From: Mytilus californianus
Taxonomy: Eukaryota
Assembly: GCF_021869535.1 (NCBI RefSeq)
Contig: NW_026262745.1
Span: 8,494,001-8,558,000, forward strand
Direction: 5' to 3'
DNA length: 64,000 nt
Positions 12,662 to 24,100 of this stretch are shown here, piece by piece. The first letter of the stretch is position 1; every line of letters begins with the position of its first letter. Under the pieces are notes generated by a model, which was not told where the DNA came from, searched no databases, and saw only the letters and a list, made by a program, of their open reading frames with translations. The position numbers and the translations under genes were made by a program.

Positions 12662-15639
12662 GTCAAATACCAAAATGTTACAAGATACAAAACTTTTCTG
12701 CAATTATTATTTGCTTTAAAAATTAATTGTGTTTTGACACTACAAATTGAACACCTTAAATCTTAAATTAAACACCTAACATCTTACTTAACAAGAAATC
12801 CTGGACAAGCATAGGTTAGACGTTCCTTGTTATTTCAACCAAAGATGAAAAATTGAACTCGTCACTCTGCTTTAAACCCAAATTAATAAGTGTACCTCCA
12901 CACACCCTTATACTGCAATGTCTTTTAGATATTCCATGAATCTTCGTTTAAAAACAAAGACATATGTTTCAGTTTTTGGTGGAATCCGAGCTTCTCATCA
13001 GTCTTAGTTTTCTATGCAGTGTTTTTGTTGATTTATTTTTGGTTTCGTCGTCTTTTGTTTGTTTTTGTTTTTGTTTTTGTTTTGCCATGGCGTTGCCAGT
13101 CTTCAATGTCCACTTAGTTTCTTTTGCCTTTTTTGTTTGTATTAGCAATTAAACAGTGCGTCAGAGAAGATACTTAAACATTTTAAAGATCTATGATTAT
13201 ATCTAAAAAGAATGAAACATTTCACTCTGAACATTTGTATTCCTTAAACTAAAATAAAAGACATATTGAAACAATATTTTCAAATTTGTTTTTTGATAAC
13301 AAAAAGACAAAAAATGATAAATCATACTTAAATTCAGACGACAGTCCGGTTGTATCGACAAGGTAAGCATCTCCTGCTTTGCATGCATCACGTGACATGC
13401 AAATTCACATGTAAAACCAATCGAAATGAGGCGAACAAGGTTAACATCATGACAAAAAGAAAATAACAAAAGACAACTCAAAGACCACATCAACCCACTG
13501 AGAAGACTAGGCGATTGATTATTTTTATTCACAACATATTTGTTACGTTTTTTAAAAGTTCATGTTCCTATACATTCAATTATGCTCCACTTCTCGTCGA
13601 CCTGTTTCTTTATTCGCACGAGTCGGACTTTACAAAAAAAAAGTGAAGCAACATTATCGTTTAAATTCCATTCAGCAATATAAATAATAATCTCTTACTG
13701 CCTAATTCAAAATTTGGGACTATGTGAATTATATCTATCCCATTAAACGTGAGATATGAATATCACAGTCAGATATGCATCATATGTTGACTCACTTAAA
13801 TATAACACTTGAAAAATTAAATGCATCCGAAACGCTTTTTATTTATCTTCAACAGGAACGGTCAAACCCATTTTTAAGCAAAGAATGTAAACGTTCGTGA
13901 ATACACAAGAAGCTATATGAGGCTGTTGATAACTGAACTATACGATAAACGGATGGATTAAATTTTCATTGAACGTTCCAGGATTATGTAGCAACCTGTC
14001 AGCAACACCTTCATATTGAGTGCATATATCCAAGTTTCATTCAATGACTATTTTCTGGTAACAATTTCCTTGTTAGATGGATCCTGTTGACATACAAGGG
14101 TTCTACGTATAGTGTTTTTGTTTTGACTGCCTTTTCGTATCTTATTACTTTTTTTACTCATTAACATGTGTACGGTCGCTTTCACCCTTGTTTTGTTTAA
14201 AAGGGTTCGTGATGCTTTGGTTTAGTTGTCAGTGTTGTATTTTGTGCTATTCTATTTTTCTATCTCTACTGGTAAAATTCTCGTTTAGCTTTAGTCCTGG
14301 AAATCCTTGTTTTAATTTCTAATTTTTAAAGTCTTTATGTTAGAGAATTTACATGTTCCGATGATTTTTGTATTTGCTAATGTCTTATGTTAGAAAAGAG
14401 ACATTTATCAATCCGCTATTGTTAAGTACTTAGTCAATGGATATGACTCATAACAGTGGTTTAACTAAAGTAACACAATGGGTACCACTACTGAAGCAGG
14501 AACTGTTGACCCTTCAAGAGAACATGAGTTCACCTCTGGATTTTTGGTGTTGGTCAATCATACGTTTTCTGTGTAATGTTTTATTGTTGTTATTTGTCTT
14601 TTCTCCATTTTTTTATTATGGTCATGGTGCTTTCTGTTTTTATTGTCCCTTGAAATTTTATCTCTCTTTCTCTGTTACATCGTCTCGAATAAGCAAAAAA
14701 AAATATCACTGGACGTTATCCAAGCAATATCATATTTTCATATTTGCGGTTTTCACTACTAGTATATTGCAAAAGTTATCTCGAATAACCTGAAAGAAAT
14801 TCTGATTCTTTTCTTAAGAAAGTTTCCCAAAAATGGACACAGCTGCCTTAACTAACTTATCAATCGTATTAAGGACATTGTCTGTGCTTTAAAATTCAGA
14901 CGACATCGTGTAAAATACTAGTCATTTTGTTGGCAGATATCTTCATAATTCACAATTTTTGAACGTGTGCTTAGAACGAATGATTGTTTGTGGAAACTCC
15001 TATTGTCGTTTTATAGATTATTATCAATAAGCAAAATGCGTACAAAATGTAGCATTTTTGATTTCATCACTAGCATTGAGTAGACGTTGGAAATAACTAG
15101 TGATGGAGGATATGCTTACCCTTCCGGTGGACATGCTACGATCATCCTCAGTTTTTTTTTATGTGGGGTTCGTTTTGCTCAGTTTTTAGTTTTCTATGTA
15201 GTGTTTAGTGACCTTCTTTGCCTTTTGTATTCTTTCGCTTTTTGCCACGTCATTTTCGTCAATTTATGAGTTTTGAATGTTCTATTGATATCTCCCACCA
15301 TCTTTTTGGAGAAAAGAAAAAGAGTTTAGCTTGGAGAAATAATGTCAATTGCGTCTTTTAAAATGAAATATTAGACAACAGAATTTTCGAAAATTATCTT
15401 GTTTATCTATTTCAATGTCATAAAATGTTCGCATTTTCCAAAAAAAATTTATAGTGTTGCTTGTTACAATGATACTGTTTTTATTTAAAATGACTGAAAA
15501 CACATGGTCACTTCTGTTACCTAAAACTAATCGTGTCAATGCTAAAACTTGCTATTTTTAATATATGAAATTGTTGAGAACTACAAGTGTTGTTTATAAG
15601 ATGAATTAAAGACAATTGATGACAAACGCGAGTTAATTG

Positions 15640-17653
15640 TTAGTTAGGTGTAATTCTGTACATCTCCATGTACTCTCCACCAACAACAAACAATGTTTCG
15701 TAATCGTCATTGTCTAAAAAGATATCGCGAGGTTCTGTAATACTGTCGAACTTGTCAAGAATTCTTCTTTGTCTGGTACCGTCTTCAGAGAGGACATGCA
15801 ATGACCCTTCGTTAGCTCGATTAACAAATAAAGTTAAACCGGATGGCAACACGATTATACTTTCAATCGGTTTACTTTCTTCGTCATCAAAGCAGTACAC
15901 TTCATCTCCTTGAAGTGTTATGCATTTGATTTCGTTATCTTTTGTAGTAACAACAATCTTTCTTCGATAAACATTCATACCATTTACACCGCAATCTGTA
16001 TTTATAGCAACGACGGATGTCATTTCCTCTGAACTGTCGGGGCTTGCTGTCGAGGAAAATTTTTTAATGGCATTATCTACCACTATATAAATGTCTTCAC
16101 GATATTTGCACAATGCTCCCACATAATCATTATTAAAAATCAGCAACTCCGGCTCTTTAATGGCGTCCCTTGCTATCTCTGCTTTGTACAGTTGACTGGA
16201 TGCACACGAGATACATATTAGATTTTGGTCTTTGTCGTAACAGAAACGGCGAGGTTCCCCACTGAACTCAGTTGTATTTATAACAGTTCCAGTTTTTTTG
16301 TCAACTATCTGAAGTTCCTCCGACTCGGTACCAAGAACAATGTTGTCATTTCCTATACAAACTCCGCAGTATAATTCGGAACCATTGATATGATAAGTCT
16401 CAACTAATTCCACTCTGACATTCTCATATTCTGGATAAGGTGCACATCCAATATTTTACAGCACTTGTATATATCATCGGCTTGGCCAGCTAAATCGTTT
16501 TCCCCAATTTTATTAAATGTACCAATATTTTCTGCTGTTTCCAAGTGCAATTCATGCCAGATTTCTCAAGTGCTCTAAAATTTCATTCTTTATAAATATG
16601 AGGTCAAGTAAATGATCATTCCTTATGGCCTAAATTGTTTATTTGACGTACACTTGCTTTGAGTTGCTTCTTCAATGTGTCAACGTGGATAAAATATTGT
16701 GTTCTTGTCGCAAACTCTCTAACAACTCTGTCAACACTCATCCAGTGGTCTAAACTTGCAATTAATTGTTCCAGTAAACGTATTCGAATGTTGAAACTAG
16801 TATTTTCATCGTCACGAAATAAATGCAACTGTTTAGTAAATGTTTCAAACAAACAGTCTAGATTGGATTTAATCATAGCAAGAAACTCTTTAGCTTCTTC
16901 CTCCGTGTTATCGGTCATAGCTTTAAATTTGCTTTTTTGTTGTTCCTTTTCTTTTAAAAGTTTAATTGTTGCGTATTTAATGCTTTCGAGTTTATCATGA
17001 AGAGTGATGCAAACGTCGTCAGAACCGGTTGTTTCTTCAATCGATTTAACGTTTTCACAGCACCGGTGGTTTGAAGAGACGCACTGAATACAGCATAGCT
17101 GTTCGTGTTTGAAACAAAAAGCTTCGATATTATTCGTTGGGTGTGTATTGCATTGTTCTGAGATTGCATGTAAATCAATTCCAGATGTATTAGATCCCAG
17201 GTCTTCAAGAGCAACAACAAGATGTGTAGAGGAAAGCTTCATCCAGCTGTGCATTGTATTACATTTTTCACAGAAAGTTTCATCACATTCTTTGCACCAG
17301 AACTTGGCCACGGACTGTTGTTGGTGTCGTTTACAGGCACCACAGTCTTGTTGTTGGTCTTCCTTGTTTCTTGCAATCATAATTGATAGAATAAGATTAT
17401 TTTGAAGTGCCGCTGACCATTCATCTGTAGTTGCTTTAACATCTTTAGGTTTCACAACTGACTTGCAAACTGGACATGAAAACTGGGTTAGTTTACTATT
17501 CTTGTTCCGCCCCATATTTAAAATGTGTTCGTGGATGCATTGCTTACAAAATAAATGAAGAATAGGTAAAATTTTCGGCTGTTTAACTGTTTCTGAACAG
17601 ATCGGACAACTAAATAAATGTAACTGAACCTCTTTCGGTTTAGATAACGCCAT
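15640..17653 (-). pseudogene. TRIM paralog of 4397-6382, disrupted by three frameshifts and loss of a RING cysteine
   Basis: ORFs 16616-17653 (RING/B-boxes/coiled coil) and 15640-16413 (propeller) align end to end with the 4397-6382 protein. Against that paralog there is a +1 shift near 16630, a 25-nt insertion at 16549-16573 and a -1 shift near 16440 (net +1, matching the offset between the two ORFs). RING LPCMHSF has become LPILHLF. Confidence 0.9.
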
Positions 17654-17966
17654 TTTTCTGTCTTTGTTTCTGTTGATTTACTTCCGCTATACTGCGCTTT
17701 ATTTATAACAGTAATTTGTAAATGAGGCTACCTTAATTGTTTGTATATGTTGGATAAAATTTTGCCAGGTTTTATAAACTCTAACCTTACTTTTTACTGA
17801 TTAAAACAAATATGAAATTGTTAAACGATCGTTTAAGTATATCTTAAAATTTAGCGAAGCCAATATCACTAATATTATTTATAATCAAGTGTTTAATTTT
17901 CACAGGTAAGCGAGCAAACAATGTGTGTTTACATTTTCCACATTATTGACCACGTGTGAAAACAAA
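17654..17966. promoter_or_regulatory. Short divergent promoter region shared by the TRIM pseudogene and the selenoprotein gene
   Basis: Start codons point away from each other with 313 bp between them. ETS-like ACTTCCGC at 17680-87 and E-box CACGTG at 17951-56. Confidence 0.55.
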
Positions 17967-18118
17967 ATGGCTAGTGACAAATCTATTGCAGATGAACTTG
18001 GAAAGATTACTTTGTTTTCCAAAGAGGGCTCTGAGATACTTGCGAATGTCGTTCTACCTAAGGATATCAAAAAATATTCTTTATTGGTTTTCTTAAGAAA
18101 TCTGGCATGAATTGCATG
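17967..18118 (+). CDS. Selenoprotein coding exon 1, containing the Sec TGA at 18108-18110
   Basis: ATG in AAAATGG context. The frame continues past TGA as ATT GCA TG into a strong GTAAGT donor at 18119. Confidence 0.88.
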
Positions 18119-21100
18119 GTAAGTGTAATTTCTTCACTTTGACTGCATGATAACTTGTTTAAAATTTACCAGACTGAGACCTAACGTATTGAAAATATTT
18201 AAATCGGTTTCCCAACCGTTTTCATTTTTTCATATCTCAAAATGCCTACCCTCAAGTTCTTATTGACACTTTCCGTAATGAATTGTGAAAAAACTACCTG
18301 TCTTCCTATAAAACATACTAGGTAAACAAATTCAGCAAATAAAAAGGAATTCATGGCTTCCTATATCTATCATATGGCTGTCAAGAAAGAAACTTTTACT
18401 ACATAAAACCTCTTTTGTACCACCTTACACAACTTCAGCTGTTGATCCAAAGATGGATTATCGCTAGGTTATACGTACTATATATCAAACAAAATCAATT
18501 TTATTAGTTTAAAATCCAAACAATAGGATTCACTGTGTCTAATCTACCCAAGCAAAAAATGTTTGGACTCGATGGTATCTAATATCCGGCACGGTGACGG
18601 AAAATCAATAGACAGAGAAAAGGTAGTTTTCTGTTTATTTATTTGTTATTGTTATGATATCGGAGAATATATATACATATATAACTGTTTTATATTGTGA
18701 GATGTAATTTTTTCTACAACCGTTCTAGATTAACAGAGAAATAAGAAAAAATGCACGTCAAAATGACGAATTGAGTGAATCTTGCCTCGAATTTGTTTAA
18801 TTTCTCCTTAAATTGTTCACATAGTACGGAAAGAAAGGTACTGAAAGAAAGATATTGACATGGAGATTGCAAAACTAGTCACTTTGAGCACTTCAATCCT
18901 TGTATTTCTGCGTATGGAACCAAAGAAATAGGTCATGTCAAAATGGAAGCACCCGGTTTTTATCAATGTTGTTTACTACACAATGACCCGGTTTTGTCTA
19001 TGTATAGAACCCGGTTTTGTTCATTTTATGAAAAACAACGTTAACACTGGTACCCTGAAACAAAAAAATAAATTAACAAATGGCTGATCATGTGGGTTTT
19101 CAAACCAGATACTTCAATGAAGCTTGTGGCCAAGTTTAATTAAATTGTTAAAGAGGAGAAGATTGTTGTTAGTTAATTGGCAAAAACGCAAAGAAATGGT
19201 AAAAATCGTAATTAAAGGTCAATAATTCTTACAAGGATATCGACCAAGTTGACTTATTCGTATATATTGTCTTGCTGATCATTTTTTCTATATAACTTTT
19301 ATATATTTCAAGATAATAGACAGAAATGGAAAAAAAGGAGAAATTTGTCATTCAAGGACATTGACTTCTATAAGAATTCGTGTGAGAGTTTTGATGTGTA
19401 TGGACAAAAGGTAGAGCTCAACATTATGAACATATCAGCCCCTGTTAAATTTTCTCTATCTATAGCTGTTTTCAAATAATAGACAAAACTTGCATCCCCC
19501 TATGTTCTATTTTAAGCCATGTCGGCCATCTTTGTTGACAAGCGGGGGTCATCAAAAACTTTTTAAACTAGATACATGTACCCCAATGATGATGAAAAAC
19601 AGTTAAACATAAGTTCGTTAGACCTTTTAAAACCGACATAAGATTGTGGATAAGGTTTGTTAAATGTATTGTAGCCCAGTAATTTCAGAGGAGAAGATTA
19701 TGTAAAAAATGGACGACACACTAAATTCCAAAACATATAAACGAACCAAAATTAAAAAACATACAAGACTAACAAAGGCGAGAGGCTCCTGACTTGGGAC
19801 AGGCGCAAAAATGTGGCCGGGTTAAACATGTTTTTTGAGATCTCAACCCTCCCCCTATAACTCTAACCAATGTAAAATAAACAAACACACAGCAATACGC
19901 ACAGTAAAACTCAGTTAATTAAAAGTCCGAGTTGTGAATATTTGAATATATTTACCTATGTTGAAAGACATGCATAATGTCAAATCATAAAAATACAAAT
20001 GGTTTAGTCTCTAAGAAACTTGTAAGATTTCTGCTACTATTTTTGCCAAATAAGTGCAATTTTGGTACTCGTCGCAATTTGGGAACTGTGACGTTCAATA
20101 ACAAAACGATAGACAGAAAACAATACAAACATGTAGCATTGAAAAAAAAAATGTAAATATTTATTACAATACTATTTTTCACAACATGCCTCCTCTATAA
20201 AGTTATCATTTCAAATATCTTGATTATTTATATTATAATGTTAGTCACGAATCATACACAGTTCATGCATTGACATTATAGTTGTTTCCCTCATTTTACA
20301 TTTCACTTATACTGTAACGTGTGAAATTTTGAAATGTCTAGATCCAAGTGGTATCATAGGAAAATGATGTTCTGTTTCAAAATATTTTATGTTTTTGTAG
20401 TCAGATGAAGATTCAGGCCTTTCGCCAAATCGAGTCAACACTTACTCAGAATGACATCAGGCTTGTCTTCATCAGCAACTCTACATCAGAGCAGACGACA
20501 GAATTCTTGCAGATTACAACAGTGTCCGTATGTGGAGATCTATTCTCGGATCCACAACTTCATCTGTATAAATTGTTCAGTTTAAAGAGGGGTCGGTTCA
20601 GATCACTTTTTATGCCTATTGTTTCTGGTTTGCGAAAATATGGAATGAAAGGAGTAACTGAAGGTATGAGCAAAACAGAACTTATTAACTCAAGTTTTTG
20701 TGAAAAAATCTGAAGTTCCATAATTAAAGGACACATACGAAAAATTACATTTGATGGCGTATATGGAAAATTGCTATCAAATATTTAACTATGTTTGCCT
20801 ATATCATGTATATTGTTATACTGGGGTGAATGAGCAAGTTTATTCCGATTGCGTCATTAAGCACAGGCACTTGTCTCAGAATTTTTCCCCTATATACCTT
20901 AATATAACGTGTTATATTAAGGTATATAGGAAAAAAAATTCTGAGACAAGTACCTGTGTCATTAAGTCTGAACTTGACTACAATAGTTGCTCGAAGTTAA
21001 ACTTGCGCTACCATGATTTGTTTTTGTTCTTCTTGTATTAATTGTTAATTCATGTTTTATTGTTTCGTTATTCAATGAAATCTGTAACCATGTATGCAAA

Positions 21101-24100
21101 CACAGTTATAGCCTCTACAAATAATGATTATTAATTTATAAGGCGATTGGAATTACAGTGTATGGATATAAGTTTGGACTTTGGACAATAATTTCTGTGG
21201 AAAAATGGTTAAAAGTGGAATTCATAGCAAAAATTTGCAAATAACGAATACTTATCCATGCACGTAAAATTAAACATCTGCTAAAATCAAAAAGAAAATA
21301 TGCTTATCGAGACAATAAGCGTATCTAAAATAATTCCCGTTTGGTAAAGATAATTTTTTAAGAAGCTATCTTTGTTAACCTTGCATCACTTTGTAACAAG
21401 TATTTGTAAGTCGTGAAAATTTATTAATGACTTTAAAATACCTACAGGTATTAAACTTGGTTACGAAACCGGACATCTAGCAGGAGATTCCTGGCAACAA
21501 GGTGGAACTGTTATCTTAGACACAGAAGCCAACATTAAATATGTGGTAAGTTGTATTTCAAATGTCAGTTTCCATTCATGACTCAATATATAAATAGCAG
21601 AGACGTCTCTGCAAATAGGTACCTATGCCAGGTATTCGGATGAAGTACTCAAATATGAAAAGTAGTGGATTTGAATGAGACTATTATCCTTGTTTGTTTT
21701 AGTGATGGGCCTGCAGGACTTAAACTCGCGCCGAACCATACTCTATACAATTATAAGCTGACCTGTGCTTGTAGTACGAATAATTCCCTACATGTCTCTT
21801 CCGTATTTCAGAAGTAATTTCAGGGGACATTTTTAAAGTTCGAATGTTCGTTCATTAAATTATTTCAATCAAATGTTGATTTTCTAGGACCTGTAGTACA
21901 GTCATTGCAGTTGGTACATTGTTTGTGCAATAATACAGTTCTTTCCTCTAAGCTTATATAATCCACTTTGTGACATTTATTTCTAAAAAAAAAATATTTG
22001 TATTCCATTTCTTGCAAATATAACTTTTCTGTCCAGCGTTTAAATGTATTCTGGTACAACTATCTTTCGGGAGTTGATATACCAGATTAAACGTATGTGA
22101 TATAATTTTCATGTTCTATTCGATACCATTTGATTTCGTTCTAGATACATTCCAAACCTGAGATTAATTACTCTTTGACATGTGAATACTTTGCAATATC
22201 GATTTAAGAATGGATATTGTGAGTGATTTGAACACAATGGGTTTTTGTCGAGCCTTCGACTTTTGTCGAAAAAAGCGAGACATAGCGATCCTACATTCCG
22301 TCGGCGTCATCGTCGTCGTCGGCGGCGTCCACAAATATTCACTCTGTGGTAAAGTTTTTGAAATTTTAATAACTTTCTTAAACTATCCTGGATTTCTACC
22401 AAACTTTGACAGAAGCTTGTTTATGATCATAAGATAATATTCAAAAGTAAATTTTGTTAAAAAAAAATTCTATTTTTTCCGTATTTAACTTATAAATGGA
22501 CTTAGTTTTTCTGCCAAGAAACATTACATTCACTCTGTGGTTAAAGTTTTTGAAATTTTAATAACTTTCTTAAACTATCCTGGATTTCTACCAAACTTGG
22601 AAAGAAGCTTGTTTATGATCATAAGATAGTATCCAGAAGTAAATTTTGTAAAAAAAAAAATCCATTTTTTCCGTATTTTACTTATAAATGGACTTAGTTT
22701 TTCTGCCAAGAAACATTACATTCACTCTGTGGTTGAAGTTTTTGAAATTTTAATAACTTTCTTAAACTATCCTGGATTTCTACCAAACATGGAAAGAAGC
22801 TTGTTTATGATCATAAGATAGTATCCAGAAGTAAATTTTGTAAAAAAAAAATCCATTTTTTCCGTATTTTACTTATAAATGGACTTAGTTTTTCTGCCAG
22901 TTAACATTACATTCACTCAGTGGTTAAAGTTTTTAAAATTTTAACAACTTTCTTAAACTATCCTGGATTTGTACCAAACTTGGACAGAAGCTTGTTTATG
23001 ATTAAAAGCTAGTATCTAGAAGGAAATTTTGTTAAAATTTTGTTTGATTTTTTCCGTATTTTACTTATAAATGGACTTTGTTTTTCTTCCAGTTAACATT
23101 ACATACAGTCTGCAGTTTAAGTTTTTAAAACATTTATTAGATTCATAAACTATCCTGGATTTTTACCAAACTTGGACAGAAGCTACTAACAATCAAAAGA
23201 TAGTATAGAGAGGAATATTTTTATTTATTTTTTTCCTCATTTTTGTTGAGCCTGCGATTAACAGCAAAAGTAGGCGAGACACTGGGTTCCGCGGAACCCT
23301 TACAAATTTTTTCTTTAAATATTTTTATTCTGGTATTCTAGCTAAACCTTACTTTATGTATTTTTAAGATATGATCTACCTATGTATCAAGTAGTGATCA
23401 GTAGTTATCTACAAATAATCTACATATAATTCGTATACAAGTCAACAAGTCTTTTCTCTCTCTAAGGGGGCGTTTATTAAGGACTCAAGAAGCTTCATTG
23501 GTAACTTTATATCCAATTCCAATCCCTGGCCTTCTTTACTCATAATATATGAATATAAAGTAGGCTATAACAGATGTGTGTGTTATTTAACATGAAGCTA
23601 TAGTTTTCATGTAGACAGAGCTTTGTTACATGTGATTAAAAGAAGAGCAGGGTAAAAACCAGTGAAATAGAAATTTAATTTCTGTATTCTTTGATTTTTC
23701 TGCCATATTTCTCTATTCTTTATATTTTTTGTTGATTATTCTTTATTCTTTATATTTAAGCACCCCATTATTCTCTATTCTTTATATTTAAGCACCCCAT
23801 TATTCTCTATTCTTTATCAACATATCTTTATTTTTTTTGGTACATTTTTCTCTATTGTTTATATTTTTTCCCCATTATTCTCTATTTATTCAGTAAACCC
23901 CCATCCAGACCCTCATATTTTGCTGAATGATTTTCCTCTAAGTGTTTTTTTGTAGGTTCATGCTTTGTTGTAACATTGACTTTGTTTTGCTTTCAGCATG
24001 TTGAAGAGCACCCAGCTGATTGGCCAGACATGGAAAAGGTTCTCCCCTTGATGGGAATTCAAAATACTTCTATAGATTACAAGATGGCTGTTAATGATTG

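Noticed and set aside
15640-16413. Independent 257-aa beta-propeller gene
   Set aside because: It starts at a non-ATG codon and is the C-terminal half of the frameshifted TRIM copy.
16431-16653. An intron that would splice out the TRIM frameshift cluster
   Set aside because: Only a weak GTGTAC donor is available, the region aligns with coding sequence of the intronless paralog, and there is no clear pyrimidine tract.
17925-18110. 61-aa small protein ending at TGA, with 20405-20713 as a separate 102-aa gene
   Set aside because: Both are exons of one selenoprotein. The TGA aligns with a catalytic Cys and is followed by a splice donor.
20401-20404. UxxU (SELENOL-like diselenide) motif through the alternative acceptor at 20404
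   Set aside because: That splice gives TGA TGA and shifts the frame, losing the thioredoxin fold. Only the UxxC form is productive.
21597-21612. Perfect 16-bp palindrome GCAGAGACGTCTCTGC in selenoprotein intron 3
   Set aside because: It is an isolated occurrence with no TSD or second copy, so no function can be supported.
23956-23996. Alternative upstream acceptor for selenoprotein exon 4
   Set aside because: It introduces an in-frame TAA after five codons.
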